A stretch of DNA of 64,000 bases from Schmidtea polychroa (taxonomy: Eukaryota). Both the position numbers and the translations under genes were made by a program. A model generated the notes under the pieces. It searched no databases, had not been told where the DNA came from, and saw only the letters and a program-made list of their open reading frames with translations. Of the stretch, positions 40,965 to 54,342 are shown one piece after another. The stretch is from assembly GCA_044892525.1 (NCBI GenBank), contig CM097885.1:21330001-21394000 (forward strand). The letters are read 5' to 3'. Every line of letters starts with the position of its first letter. Position 1 is the stretch's first letter.

Positions 40965-43900
40965 GAATCAACGGGTAAATTTATTTTATTTAATTAATGA
41001 ATTTACAAAAACTTGAGGTGATGATACCTCAAATGTTGGATATGCCCAAAATATTAATGATGTTTCTGATGAATATGCCCTCACATCCATTGAGGAGGAA
41101 ATTAATCATTCCTCCGTATCTTATGGGGATAAATTTGAGGATGATTCCGATATGGAATCAAAATGTTAGTTATATTATATTATTATTTTAAAAATTGATT
41201 TAAAATTGAGTTTGATAATTAATTGTTTAATAACCACATATAAATTATGAAAATGATAAAAATTATGAAAAAGCTGAAAATAATGAAAATGTTCCTGAAA
41301 ATGGTGAAATTAATAAGTTGTTATGAAAATAATAATTGAATAGAAATAATAATTGTCAAACGTAGTATGCATTGAGCACTCAACTACTCTCTCTTTATAT
41401 AATAATAATAAATATTATTAATAATATTTGGGATGTGCTTTTGAATATTTAAGCACAGTAAAACCTACAAGTGTCGAATCATTACGCGCTTTTTCGGCGA
41501 CAAGATTATTTTGTATAAAAATACAGTAGAGATTGAATAGACATGTTATGAATAAGTTGTCATTTTCAAGAAATAAATGGTTTTTTTCATTATTCACAGG
41601 TTTTAACGAAAAAAATATGCACGGTAAATTAGATGCAGTTAAACTGACAAAAAGAGAAAATATAATTCACATCACATGAAAATATTTGACTATTTGTTAC
41701 CAATAAATAAGTTTATACTTGATTTATATTTTCTTTGTTTTTCCAGTTTTCCTAATTTTTTTTGTTATCAGAATTTTTCTTATTCAAACGCACATTGGTA
41801 TGTTTGTTTCCAAATCGTTCGGATAATCGAAGTTTTATTGTATTTTATTCTTATGCACATTACCACCTCGCTACTCGTTTCGCAATAACAGTGCTCGTAA
41901 ATTTAACATTAAAAAATTACATAATACTCTTAGGAAAACTAGAAATATGGAATCACTACACCTGGTTCGATTGGGTAACAACTTCTATAATATATGTTGG
42001 TGTAAATTAACTTAATGATTTGCTAAAATTTATGTTAACACGGCTATTTTATAAATTGTAGTCATGTAAGAATTTCTACAAGTAAATTTTAAAGGCTGAA
42101 TATTTATCTATTGAAAATATAAGATTATTATTCAGGATCTTAAGTACAATAATTATTAATTGCTTTTATCCCACATTCATTTATAATTAATTTATTCAAA
42201 CTTTTAAGAAATTATGCCCTTAAAAGTTGAAATTTTCTATTTCTATTTTTACAACGTTTAAGAATCCCCTCTATATCTAGTGAATAGAAAAGCCGAAAAC
42301 ATTATATTAAAAATTAGAAAGAATAAATTTAAGAAAGAATAAGTTAGAACCATAGTGGATGACAAGGCAAAATATTTAAAAGTGAAAAGTGCGGGAGAAA
42401 GTGAAAAGAAGTGCTCTTCATAATTTAGTTATGGAAGGCGCCAGTGTAGATGGCTAGGAGAAACAACTAAAAGAGAAGCTACCTGAGTGAGGAAATTTTA
42501 ATGATAAAATTGCATTGTACTGGAAGATGCCACCTAGGGCCTACCAGTTAGTGTTATTGCACACTTAATAAATATTAGGACATATTTTTGTTTGTTGGTA
42601 TCCACGAAGATAAAACCCTTAATTCACTTAGCAGCATTTGTCAAGTGCAACTGTATGTTATATACGGGTTTAATAATAATCATATATATATTTAAATTAT
42701 TTACGTTTTGATAATTATAATTTTGAACACTATGCAAATTAAAATGTTTTATTACCACAAGTCAATAAAACCTTAAATGAATGATTATATGGATGAAGCC
42801 TACGAAAGCCAATATCAAAATGACATTACGCATTATGAGGATTTTCAGAAAATTTCATTGAAAATATTCCAAATAAATTAGAAAATTATTCTCTTGGATA
42901 CAAAAATCTTGGTTGTCGTAAATAGAAAATATGGATGGGTTAAATGAAAGAATGTTGTGGCGATGAAAAAAAGAATGGAACTTGATTCTGGTGATAATGA
43001 TAATATTTGAAAGGATCACCGATCGAAGATCTCGCTATCATGTTGTGCGTCGAAAAGACATCCAAAATTTTGCACTTGCTATTTTCTCGCATTTAATCTT
43101 CTATTCTGTATTTAAAGCATCAAATGCTTGCCTTTATGGGTTTAAGGAACTCTATAAACTGTCCCTTGAAGATAGCGAAAAAATTAGACGGGCAATCGTC
43201 TTCAAAGTGTTTATTGATCGAATCAATATTAAGCAGTACAATAGTAATAGATGAAACAGCTGTCTACTTCGGAGAAAATACCCAAATTGCGAGATCATGG
43301 TATTATTGGAATCCAGAAAGACTTGGAGCATACAAAAAGTAATTAAAAAATAGCTCGTAAGAATAATGCATCTAATGCTTGGATTTGGAAAGTGTACTTC
43401 TAATATGGGAACACATGCTGGGTGAAATCCGTGAAAGAATTTCTTTCTTTGGTTAAGCTCTGCAACAATTGCACTGTGCTCAAATGCTGGCCGGTCATTC
43501 ATCCCAGACGTCGAGAAAGAAGTATGCAATGCAAATATAAGAATACTTTCAATAGTCCGTAGCTACCGTGATCGCAGCATTATAGACTATCTACGTGGAA
43601 TAGCGTATAATTTATCCTTTTAATTAAATTTATATTCAAATTTAATATTTTTTGGTTTTTTATATTGTTTTTTTATAAAAATGTTTTTTTAACAATTATA
43701 ATAAATATTTTAATCTATATTTTTTTAGCACGGGGGTTATTGTCCTGGGGGGTTTTTTGTCCGGGAGTTATTGTCCTGGGGGGTTTTTTGTCCGGGGGTA
43801 ATTGTCCGGGGGTAATCGTCCGGGGGGAATTGTCCGGGGGGTAATTGTCCTGTTACCGTCCAAATATTATGTTTTTAATATTTAAATATACATGAAACAT

Positions 43901-46900
43901 CGAAATAATATATTTATATTTAAAATTCTTATGTTTCCTTTTTTACAATTTTTTATTAAAACTACTTTCAAGTAGCCATACTAAAAATCATCGGGTGCAA
44001 AGAGTTAAGATGTAAATTTTGAATTAAGTCGTAATAATGAGAATGGTATTTTGTTTTGACAGTGAGATTTGATAGTGTGATAAATATTTCAATAAAGTAT
44101 AGTTTTTTTTGATAGAATTGAATTTAATTGGTTTAATTAATTTGTAGATTTATTATTAGTAGTAGTACATCGATGAATTATTACGTTTCAGGAATGTTTT
44201 ATAGAGTTACGGGTAATCAACAAAATGCTTGTCAAATTTTTTCTAGATCAAGAAAGAGAAGTTTGAAGCAAAATATTCGGGTCCATATCAAATTTTAAAC
44301 AAATGAAATATTATTTAAAGCTGAGAAAGCTAGAATAAATGCGAAAGAGAACACCATTAATAACAACCATTAATAAAAAGAAAAGATGAATACCGATTCC
44401 ATTCGATTTGATACAAGAAATGTAATTGTGAAAGAATGCTAAATGATTATGACTTTGTTCCCTCTGAAGATTACAAAGTATAATTACAGAAAAACAGGAA
44501 CAATAGCCTTAAATTATATATATATATCGTTAATGATATTTTGGAAAGAATCGCAACTGAAGCTAGAAATTTGGTAATTTATAACAACAAATCAACGATT
44601 TCCAGCAGAGAGATACAAACTGCTGCCTGATTGATCTTGCCTGGACAATTGGCCAAGCATGCTGTCGATGCAGGAATTGGGGCAGTTAAAAAATACATTG
44701 GTTCAAAGTAATACCGATTCCATTCGATTTGATACAAGAAATGTAATTGTGAAAGAATGCTAAATGATTATGACTTTGTTCCCTCTGAAGATTACAAAGT
44801 ATAATTACAGAAAAACAGGAACAATAGCCTTAAATTATATATATATATATATATTGGATTTTTGACCCAATGTTCTGATAGTCGACTTTGTTGTAATATT
44901 TTTTCTGTAAGAATGACAAAATTTAAATGCTATTAGTTAAGACTATTTTATAGTGAACCCTAAAGAAAATTATGAGAACTTATTATGTTAATGAAGCAAT
45001 CATTTCTTTATATAAACAAATTTTCTGTAAATACTTCGTTTGAATTTCAAAATAAAAATAGAATTTTTATTGAATCGCTAATTTTTTTTAACATTAGTTA
45101 TATAATATGGAATATTCAGTTAATGAAAGAATTTTTTAAAAAACCGTCAAGTCCCAATGATTTAGTGGAATTGGCTTGACAAATTGAGCTATCTAACAAA
45201 TTTTTTAATGAAAATACATATTCAAAATTAAGAGAAATTGTCGATCAGATGCATTACCTAAGAAGTCCTATGACATCCATTATGACTGAAGAATATCCTT
45301 ATTGGAACCCCATCACTACATTGGCATCATGAGTTAAAAATTTTAAAGAAAACAATCTGAATCAACCAGATCTTGATTAAATCTAGAACACTATCTGTCA
45401 TTGTTTTTTATAAGACCCAGATAGACTAAAATAATACCTAATAGATCAAGAAATTTAATATTATTATTATTTGGCAAATTTCACTTGATATTTTAACGAC
45501 CATTGCCACTCTTACTTAACTTTTTAGAATTTATTCCATCGTGTTGTGTTCCTTTGCGGAGATAACACTACATTTCTTAATATGTATGTAAATCCTTATA
45601 TCGTTATAATATATATTTAAGAAAATGTAATTGAAATTAGATGGGAAAATTCTTATATATCATTAAACCTATTTTTCTATTTTCATTAACTAATATAAAT
45701 TTCAAATATCAATTTATTATATCAATATCGATTTAATTTATTATATATTTTGTCTTAATCTAGATATAGAATTTTAATTTTATTTATATTTTTTAATTTT
45801 GACGGTCTCATGACCTGTAGATTTTGTCGTTCTTTGTAACACCTTGAGATTTTTGTCATATGTTACAAAACTCCATTTTTTACAGGATGTCAATCACCAC
45901 TCATTTACTATGACAATTAAATATTCCAATATCTAACCGAAAATATCTGGAATATGAAAATAAGATAAGTCGATAACCTTCAAACCAAAGTTGGACATAA
46001 ATACTGCTTTGAACCTAAAATTCTTCAGTAGCGATTAAACCCAAAAAAAATGTTCTTAGTCATTGGTTCACCGAATTGTGACTACAATACTTTATATAGT
46101 GCATCTATAAATAGTATCATACAATTCATATGCAAAACTATACTGTGTCATTCATAATTTGCAGGTTTGAGGTCGTTACAGAGAAATGACCTACATATTT
46201 GTGAAAGTCGAGAATAACTCGCTGAATTTCTTTGATTTTTATTGGAACTGAATTTTAGAATTGATTAAAAACTTTTTTTCGAATAAGATTTATATAGATT
46301 AGACATTATAACGGCTAACGGCTCACTACAACATTTTTTCTTTTAAATTAACTTCTTCATTTGTTTCAAATATTAATATTCAAATATCGTTTATTATATC
46401 AATATCGATTTAATTTATTATATATTTTTATCTTAATTTAGATATTATATTTGAATTTTTTATATTTCTCGTGACCCGTAGATTTTGTCTTCGTCCTGTG
46501 ACACATTGAGATCGTTGCCATAGGTTACAAAATTCCATTTTGGCATTATTTCAGTCACTATTTACTATGATTTAAAAATCAATAATTTTGGAAATATTTA
46601 TATATCATTTTAAAACTACATTTTTCTTTTTTTTTCTTTTATTATTATTATTTAAATAGCATTTATTATATCAATATCGATTTAATATATTTTTCTTTTA
46701 ATTTAGATATTGAATTTTAATTTTTTTATGTTTTTTGACTTTACCGTGTCGTGACACTCAGATTTCGTCGTAGCTCTCAGTAACACCTTGAGATCTTTGT
46801 CCAAGGTTATAAAGATTCATTGTTGACAGGATTTCAGTTACCAACCATTTACTATGATAATAATTATCGGAATAAATATTGCGTTGAACCTGAAATTCTT

Positions 46901-47891
46901 CAATAGCGCTTAAACCCCAAAAAAACATCCTAGTCATTGGTTCACATTCAGCGCAACTGTAAATAATATTATGCAATTCATATGCAATATATGTGCATAA
47001 TTTACATTTTTTTGTAGAAATATTTTTTGTAGCAAATTTGTTTATACATCATACAATAGCACATTCAAAAGAATTTGAGTTATATTTGACAATTTAGTGA
47101 ACAGAAATGAATTTTATAGCCATATTTAAAGAACTGGATAAATAAATATATATTGTTTTTATTTTAAATTGATAAATTATAATATTATATATAAAATGAA
47201 ATTATTAATTACATTTTGATTAGAAATCCCCAACCAATCTATTCTATCTATCATATAACTGTCGCATTTACCTGACAGTTGTACAAATGAAAGAATTCTC
47301 AAAGCATTCATTTCTCGAGCAGCTACTTTTTCCGATGAATTTACCAGAAGTTGCTTTTCGATATCGTAAACGTTTTTACCAATTGCTTCTTTTAGAATGT
47401 TCAATTCTTTATTTGAACCTATATATTTATAATTAATCATCGTTATTCGTAAAAATATTTATATTACACATTACTGCTAATTGCTGTTTTAAATCGTAAA
47501 AATCATAGCTTCCACTACTGTTTTTATTTATCACTGTTTGAGTTGTTGGTGGAGTCTATGTTATATAAATAGTATGTGATAAATAATAAAAATAATACCA
47601 ATCCAATAGGTGTGATAAAAAATGGTTTTCGAATAATACTAGCATTTCTTCCATTCAAAATCTGCATAATATAGCTACCTCTACTTTGATCTTCTTTCTT
47701 AACTTGGCTGAGTAAATTATCCTTTGAAAAGTAAATTTATTTTTTTAATTAAGAATTACTCGAGTATCTTTTATAGATTCAATTCTTCTTTCAATAATTG
47801 AATTCATTTCTGAAATTAATTTATTAAGCTGTTCATTGTGATGCAAGCAGCTCAAGGCATTGTTAAATGTTTGATTTTCTGAAGACTCCAT
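24901..47891 (-). CDS. SNAPC4: snRNA-activating protein complex subunit 4 (SNAP190)-like multi-exon gene
   Basis: Exons assembled by hand: 47891-47760 ([16 protein letters not shown]), 47721-47599 ([11 protein letters not shown]), 47555-~47470 (TPP), 47418-47213 (DWLGISNQN), then an intron 47212-32376 joining in frame to [14 protein letters not shown]. Myb repeats are in 32375-32145, 32103-31948 and 31852-31448. Further exons: 31399-31226, 29353-28301 (several; [16 protein letters not shown]), ~27330-26750, 26583-26210 ([18 protein letters not shown], like the SNAPC4 C-terminal motif) and a probable last exon ~25167-24901. The 3' exon boundaries are uncertain. Confidence 0.85.
25170..26210. 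repeat. Almost pure A/T low-complexity tract with an internal ~245-bp duplication
   Basis: 25365-25610 is repeated at 25789-26034; AAT-derived sequence. Confidence 0.85.
30275..30390 (+). pseudogene. RPL8: Ribosomal protein L8 (uL2) exon fragment
   Basis: [23 protein letters not shown]...IGTVSG, preceded by a splice acceptor ttttttgcag. Confidence 0.8.
33281..35823 (+). mobile_element. Full-length Buster-type hAT transposon (GTF2IRD2/EPM2AIP1-like transposase, frameshifted)
   Basis: TIRs cagtgatggcga and tcgccatcactg; perfect 8-bp TSD gtatagac. Motifs [28 protein letters not shown] and [12 protein letters not shown] across 33677-35613. Confidence 0.95.
35870..36090 (+). mobile_element. Mariner transposase HTH fragment
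   Basis: [19 protein letters not shown]...[20 protein letters not shown] resembles the Mos1/SETMAR N-terminus. Confidence 0.75.
39911..41425 (+). repeat. Three tandem ~500-550 bp units separated by (AAT)n
   Basis: Units start at ~39911, 40463 and 40965. Units 2 and 3 are nearly identical, and each ends cgtagtatgcattgagcactcaactactctctctttatata. Confidence 0.95.
42982..43290 (+). mobile_element. pogo/Tigger transposase fragment (CENP-B HTH and start of DDE)
   Basis: DIQNFALAI...[18 protein letters not shown] and IDETAVYF. Confidence 0.75.
43355..43857 (+). mobile_element. MULE/MuDR 3' end with G-rich tandem-repeat TIR
   Basis: RKNNASNAW... and [15 protein letters not shown]-terminus; repeats of ggggg(g)tWattgtcc at 43732-43857 ending gtcctgttacc. 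Confidence 0.8.
44527..44711 (+). pseudogene. Histone H2B C-terminal fragment between ~139-bp direct repeats
   Basis: [55 protein letters not shown]; flanks 44389-44527 and 44710-44848 are identical. Confidence 0.9.
45700..46990. repeat. Three degenerate copies of an unclassified repeat; related pieces at ~29790 and ~30470-30670
   Basis: Recurrent tttattatatcaatatcgatttaat, gattttgtc..acaccttgagat, catttactatga and tagtcattggttcac motifs. Confidence 0.7.
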
Positions 47892-48116
47892 AAATTAAAT
47901 AAATAATATTAAACTATTTGAATTTAAAATATATTGAAATATTAAAACAAATAAAATTGAAAACATCAAATTAAAATATCTCAAATGATTTATTAAGTTT
48001 CAATTTTTAAAATGGCTTGTTATATGAATTTTTTTTATTAAGTAAATAAACAAAATTAAAAAAATACTTTTAGGAATAAACAAATTCTAAAATATATTTT
48101 TTCAATATATCTTCCT

Positions 48117-48716
48117 TCATAAGAAAACCTTTTTTTCCAAGCATTTCGTATGGTATTTTTTTGAAATGGTCTCCCATGCTACTCCGATTTTAAATGCCAC
48201 ATCTATCAATGTAATTTGGTTTAGAAATAGAAGAACATCGTTCTCTGATGATATCAATGAGAAAAGCAATTGGCGTCTATAGTGTAATTTAAAACTATGG
48301 GTAATTCCCTGATCAAGGAGTTGAATTAAAGCAGTAGCATTTTTGGGTAAATACATAGCTCGAATTTTTCCATATTTTGAAATAAGACTGTCTCAGCTGG
48401 AGGATGGGCAGTACAATTATCCAAAAATAACATAGCCTTTGTTTCAAGATACAAATATTTTAAATGATTTTGAACTGTAGGCACAAATGAATCATGAAAC
48501 TAATTGTAAAATATATAGCCGGTTGTAGTGATGGGTTTCCAATAAGGATAATTTTCATATATCATACTTTTATAATATTTGTTATCTTAAGATGTATATA
48601 TTTACCTTTCTTATCAAGCTTTTTGTATGTTTATCTTATTTGAAATATTTGAAAAATATATCCGTCTTATATCCGAATTCGCGCTATAAAAGGGACGTTA
48701 TAAGTGGGGTCTACTG
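48117..48716 (-). mobile_element. Tigger-like element fragment (DDE_1) with one TIR
   Basis: LFLDNCTAHP...YLPKNATALIQLLDQGITHSFKLHYRR; TIR cagtagaccccacttataacg (minus) followed by TA. Confidence 0.85.
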
Positions 48717-48804
48717 TATTAATTATATAAAATTTCATCATTATTACATCCTAAATTTTTCATTCGTCATTTATCAACACACGAATTACTATATTTGAAT
48801 CTAA

Positions 48805-49757
48805 TGTTGGGGTCCAGTAGGAGCCGAGATAATTACAATAGGGAAGTTTTTAGAATTAAATTGAATAAATTATTAATAGTATTTAATAATTACTATAAAT
48901 AGAATTAAAATTACTAAGATTGAAATTAAAATAAAAATAGTAATTAAAAATTACTACATTTAGAAAATAAACAAAAATAGTATTTTATTAAATAATTACT
49001 AAAAATGAAATAGCTTAAGTTTAAAGTATATATATAGCAATACAATTTTCAGTTGAGGGACGAACAATAGACTGTCAAATTAGACCTAAAATTTAGACAA
49101 GCTCAGAAAACGAAGAGCGACGTTGTTCAACTCAGACACCAAGACACACCAGAGCAGAATTCTCAGGCACTTTAGTTGTAGAATTTGTTGGATCAATAGC
49201 GATCTTATCAATTTTAAACTTACCGGAATTTTGTTATTTTCTTATTTTGGCTATCATTAACCAATTCGGGTTTAAAGCCATTACATCTCGGAAATTACCT
49301 CGTGACAATCAAAATCTTGCCGATATTTGCAGATTCCACTAATTCTGGTAAATTTTATAGAAGTTATTTTTATTAATCAAAATTAAAGGGCTCTGCGTCA
49401 GCTGTGATAATAATTAAAGTGTTAAACATTTTCTTGGTTGACACTATCGTGTTTAAAATTCGGTTAATCCCCTATCTTGTTCTTATCACTTAATCGGGCT
49501 GTTGGTGCATTTTGGGCCAGCTTTAATCATTAGAAGTAATCTTTATGGCGGTTTGTATAACCGTTTTCTGTTCTGTAGCGTGCAGACAGTTTTTTGTATT
49601 GTAATTGAATAGTTTTTGTAAAATATTTGGTTTAAAATAAATATTTAAAAGCATATTTGTTATTTATATACAAACTACCTACACGTGTTATAACTAATAT
49701 TTGTGGAGTCAGATTTACGATTATGTTAGTTCGAGTAGCTTCCCATCGAACCTAACA
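48805..49757 (+). mobile_element. Solo LTR (953 bp)
   Basis: tgttggggtc...gaacctaaca termini; perfect 4-bp TSD ctaa; TATA ~49027 and AATAAA ~49637. Confidence 0.85.
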
Positions 49758-49989
49758 CTAAAAAGCACTCTCAATTATTATTTAAATATTTAAAATTTTT
49801 ATCATTCATATCAAACAAACAATCATTAATCATTCTTTTCAAACATTATTTATGCAATACATTACTACATTTATTGTAGAGCTGTGATTCCTTCCTCTTG
49901 TGGTGGAACATATCCGTCGGGCCTTGACTATCATTTCTATCATCAACTTGCTGGATGACTGCTACTTATTCCCGATAGTTTTGTTCTTT

Positions 49990-51150
49990 GTTTAATTAAA
50001 GTCTGAAGCACTGATGACGGAAATGTTCTGATTTATACCAATGATTACATTTAACATTTGGAAATTCTGATCTCCTATGCACTTTCTCGTGGCAAGCCGA
50101 ACATTTTGAAATTTGCCTGTTATTTTCCTGAAATCGAAGATCATTAAATAGATATTTGATAAAAATGATGTGATTTCAAGTTGGTGATTTTTAATTAGAG
50201 CTTCACTTCTTTTAATTGGTTTTATTTGAATATTCCTCAAATTTTTAACGACATCTGCATATTTATTATTAGTTTTCATTGCTGCAATTTGGTTGTTATT
50301 CATTGTTATTCAAGTTGTTATTCATTGTTTACTTTTTCATGTTTCTTTATTCTGTCTTTCATTTCTTCCAGTCTTGAATTGGTTCAATTCTAAATCTTTC
50401 TTCATTTCAATTTCCTCAACTGCATTGAAAATTAGATATTTTTGTACTTCCTTTACATATAATTTGTGTCGCAAAATTTGTTTGGCAAATTTTTCCATTT
50501 TCCCACAAAATTTTCATCAAAAATTCATTAATCCTTTGCCCTAAAAACTCCTTAATTGCTTTATACACGTAGGTCTATCAAATTCTTTTATATTCTGTAT
50601 TTTATTTTCATCGGTTTTCACACCGCATTTAATTATGTGTCTCAAAAATTTTCCATCATCATTTAAAAATTGGCATTTTGATGGACTAATTTTTAATCCA
50701 GCAAGTCTGATCCTATCTAGTACACTTTCAATATTTTTGTAATGCTCATTTATAAAATATTAAAATATCGTCCAAGTGAACAATTTCAAATTTCCAACAA
50801 AGTTCTACTAGTACCATATTCATTAATTTTTTGGAAAGAAGCTGGAGCCGACGACATTCCAAATAGCATACGGTTTAAACAATATTGTTTAGTTTTAGTG
50901 GAAAATACTATTATCAATTTTGATGCTTTTTTTAGTTCGACTTGCTAATATGCATTTCCCAAGTCAATTGTGCTAGAATATTTTGCACTACATATTGTAT
51001 CCAATAATTCTTTAGCTTTTGAATTGGAAGTCCTGCTATATTATTAAGTTCCAGAAAATCTAGATATATTCTTAAGTCATTTTTATTTTTATTTTTCACA
51101 CATACTTACGGTGTATTCCAAGTGAAATTAAATTCTTTTATTATACCCTA
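49990..51150 (-). mobile_element. Degenerate Ty3/Gypsy pol (RT) remnant
   Basis: LRIYLDF, STIDLGNAY*QV, RMLFGMSSAPASFQ, VHLDDIL and LDRIRLAGLKISPSKCQF. Confidence 0.85.
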
Positions 51151-54100
51151 TTTATAAAATCCATAATATTTTTGAAATTCAAAAACAATGTAATTTGTTT
51201 GCGGTATTTAAAAAAACACGCACGAGGATTTTTATTCAACGTCGAGTAATGTATACAAAAATAATTTGCATACCACATTAATCTATAACATGCATTCATT
51301 TTATATTTTATTTAACTTAATTTAATTAATTTAATTATATTCTTACTTATGCAATAAGACAGAAGCGAAGGAAGCTTAACGTCTTCTTCATATGCTGGTG
51401 TCAATTTTTTTATTCATTATCGATGAAAAAATGTCAAAAAATTGAAATTTAGCATTATCGATTTTGTTACAAGCTTTTCAATTAATCATTTTTTAAATAT
51501 TGTTATGCCACTTCGGGCAATCCGTCCAAAAATTGTTGGGCTGAAAGCTGGAGTATTTAAAATTATAGTGGAAATTAAATGTTATTAAACATTAAATTAA
51601 TTAAAGGGAACCTGAATAAAAAGGGTATTGGGGTAATCAACCAAGTGTAAGAAAAAATCAAGAAATGAGAGAAAATAATAGGAAAATAAAAGATTAAAAC
51701 AAAAGCCACGAAAATAAAACAAATAATAAGCAAGTTAAAAATAGACAGAACTACCTAACAATAATCCACAAACCAAGACAAAAATAATTAGAAAATAAAA
51801 TAAAATTCAAAAAGAGTAACACTAGAGAAATAAATTTTAAAAAAATTAAAAAGACTAAAAATTGAAACAAAGAAAGATTAAATCAAAAATTGCAAACAAA
51901 TCAACCATCAGAACTTAGCAGAAAATAGGAGGAAAAATAACAAATTGAATTATTTAATAAATTAGTAAAAGAAATAAATAATTAACTTAGAAAAAAGGTT
52001 AAAAACACAAAAAACAAGAGAAAACACCACTTTACAAGCTAGCTAAGTCCTGATTGGACAAAATTTACTATATAAGAATAACACTTGGTTAATTCCCTCA
52101 ATCTACAAAATTTCGATACAGATTCAGGACCAGCTCAACAACACTCACGGATAATCAGCAACTATTGTATATTATGACAATCAGTTAGGACTCATTGAAT
52201 ACTCAGAAGGAAATTGATGTAAATTTTTTATTTTATATTTTGTTGAAAACTCTTATGTATATCATATGGTAAAAATTAAATAAATTTATTAAACCACAAA
52301 AAAATCAGTTTTCTCTTCACGTTAACAAATACTTTTGTATGATGAACTGCTTGATATTGCATGAAGCTTCAGTGATGATGTTGTCCCAGAATCACAATTA
52401 TAATGGATATGCCAATATGCCGAGAAACTTATGCCGAAGATAGTAGAATGATAAAATATAAATCGCTCAAATTGCACGGAGAACGTAATCACAACCAGAA
52501 AATCGAAATGAGTATTAGAGAGGTTGATAGAACACCGAAAATCATGGTAGAACGCTTGGACAGGTTTCACGAGAATATAATGAACCGAATGAGAACCACA
52601 GGAAGCGTGAGAATCAGATAATAGGATCCGGCGAGGGAAGGAAATTGAGGTTATGATAGTAGAACGAGAAATTGATTTTGCCTGAGAGAAAGGAAATGGG
52701 TAGCGTGATTCTTTGGGGGAATACGATCATGAATGCTGATAGAAAATCGAGAGGATAATTATGGTATTGTATCACAGAATCATATTAGAGTAAACAGATT
52801 TGAGGATTTAATTTTTAATTTTTATTATTATATTATCTATAAATATGGTTTGACCTGTTCGTCTGGGTCGGTTGGGAATTGTTGACACTTGTGTCGGTAG
52901 TTTCCAGTTGAATCGCATGCATGGCGATACCCGGGCAACGACTGTCTTCAGATTTTTCTTGACTAAATTTCGACCTAGTCGATTAAATCACAACGTTTAC
53001 GAGTAGCTCCGCTCCTTGGTAGTGATGGACCTCAGGCAACCCACATAGAATGAGTTTTACCAAAGCTGATTTCACTAGTAACATGATCATTGCTTCTAAT
53101 TTCTCAACGACAGGAATACCACATTAAATCTGAATTTTTGAATTTTCTGACTTCATTTATGATGATACTGATTTTCCATAGGCAGAAAAATTTCGGCTTA
53201 CGAATAACATCGTACTTGCACTTTTCAATCATGTTCGAGGTATATTGCCGAAATTTTCCAATTGACAATTACGAACCATAGATAGGCAACTTCATCGATG
53301 TAGAAATTAAATTGCTCGATTTCCATAGAGTGGGAACATCCGGTCGACGACGATTGTGATGGCAAGGTCATGATATTTATTACACAGAATAATCTACCAG
53401 TGTATAGAGTAAACATCTACCATAGAAATTGAACATTATTATTTACCTGATCGAATTTACGCATGAGAGTGACCGATTGATAATAAGTAAACATTGGCAG
53501 TAAGATCTTTAATCCATATTATACACAATCCAAACTAGACATAATTCATTTTAGTAAATTGTTTATCGATCACCGAGACGACGACAGTAGGTAGATGTGA
53601 GCCCCATGAATCAGTATGAGTTATCGCGCATATATACCCCCCTCCCCCTGCTGATAAGCTGATAAGTTATTGCGCGTTTGATCGATGAGTTATCGCGCAT
53701 ATATTGATTTTTAAGTGCAAAGTGCAAAAGTGCAAAGTGCAAAATTTAGTCAGATGTGCTTTTCTTATATTAAAGATTTAACCCAGACATTGTCCACGAA
53801 AAAAGATTTGTTATTTGTCGACACAGATTAATTTATATGAAAATCAACGAAAAGATTTCTTTTCAATATAAATTTCACGTTTTTCAGGAATAATTTTTGG
53901 AACATTGGGAACCAAATATATTTAGTCGAGACATCCTTAACAAAAAAGTTGCGTCTTGATTCAACTAAGAAGATTCTTTAATAAAGATCTCGAAAAATTT
54001 CTTGGTTCTCCTAGGAATTCAGAAAGTGTAATCAATCAATATTTTAGGGCTATATTGAGAACGCGACATATTTAGTCGAGACATCCTTAACAAAAATGTT

Positions 54101-54342
54101 GCGTCTTAATTCAACTAAGAAGATTCCGAAATAAAATCCTCGAAAAGTGCCTTAGTTCTCCCAGGAATTAAGAAAAGGTAAAATCATTCGATAATTCTCA
54201 AAAATTCGGCTATGTCCGAATGTATTATGAATTATCACGGATTTTGATTGATGAGTTATTGCGCGTTTGATCGATGAGTTATCGCGCATATATTGATTTT
54301 TAAGTGCAAAGTGCAAAAAGTGAAAAGTGCAAAAAATTTAGA

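Noticed and set aside
39943..41191. Three MNLQKLEVM... ORFs as a peptide gene family
   Set aside because: An off-frame reading of the triplicated acidic exon; identity is explained by the DNA duplication.
12212..47891. Functional link between the TBP-like gene and neighbouring SNAPC4 (both act at snRNA promoters)
   Set aside because: The TBP-like pieces are truncated and embedded in mobile DNA; proximity alone is not evidence.
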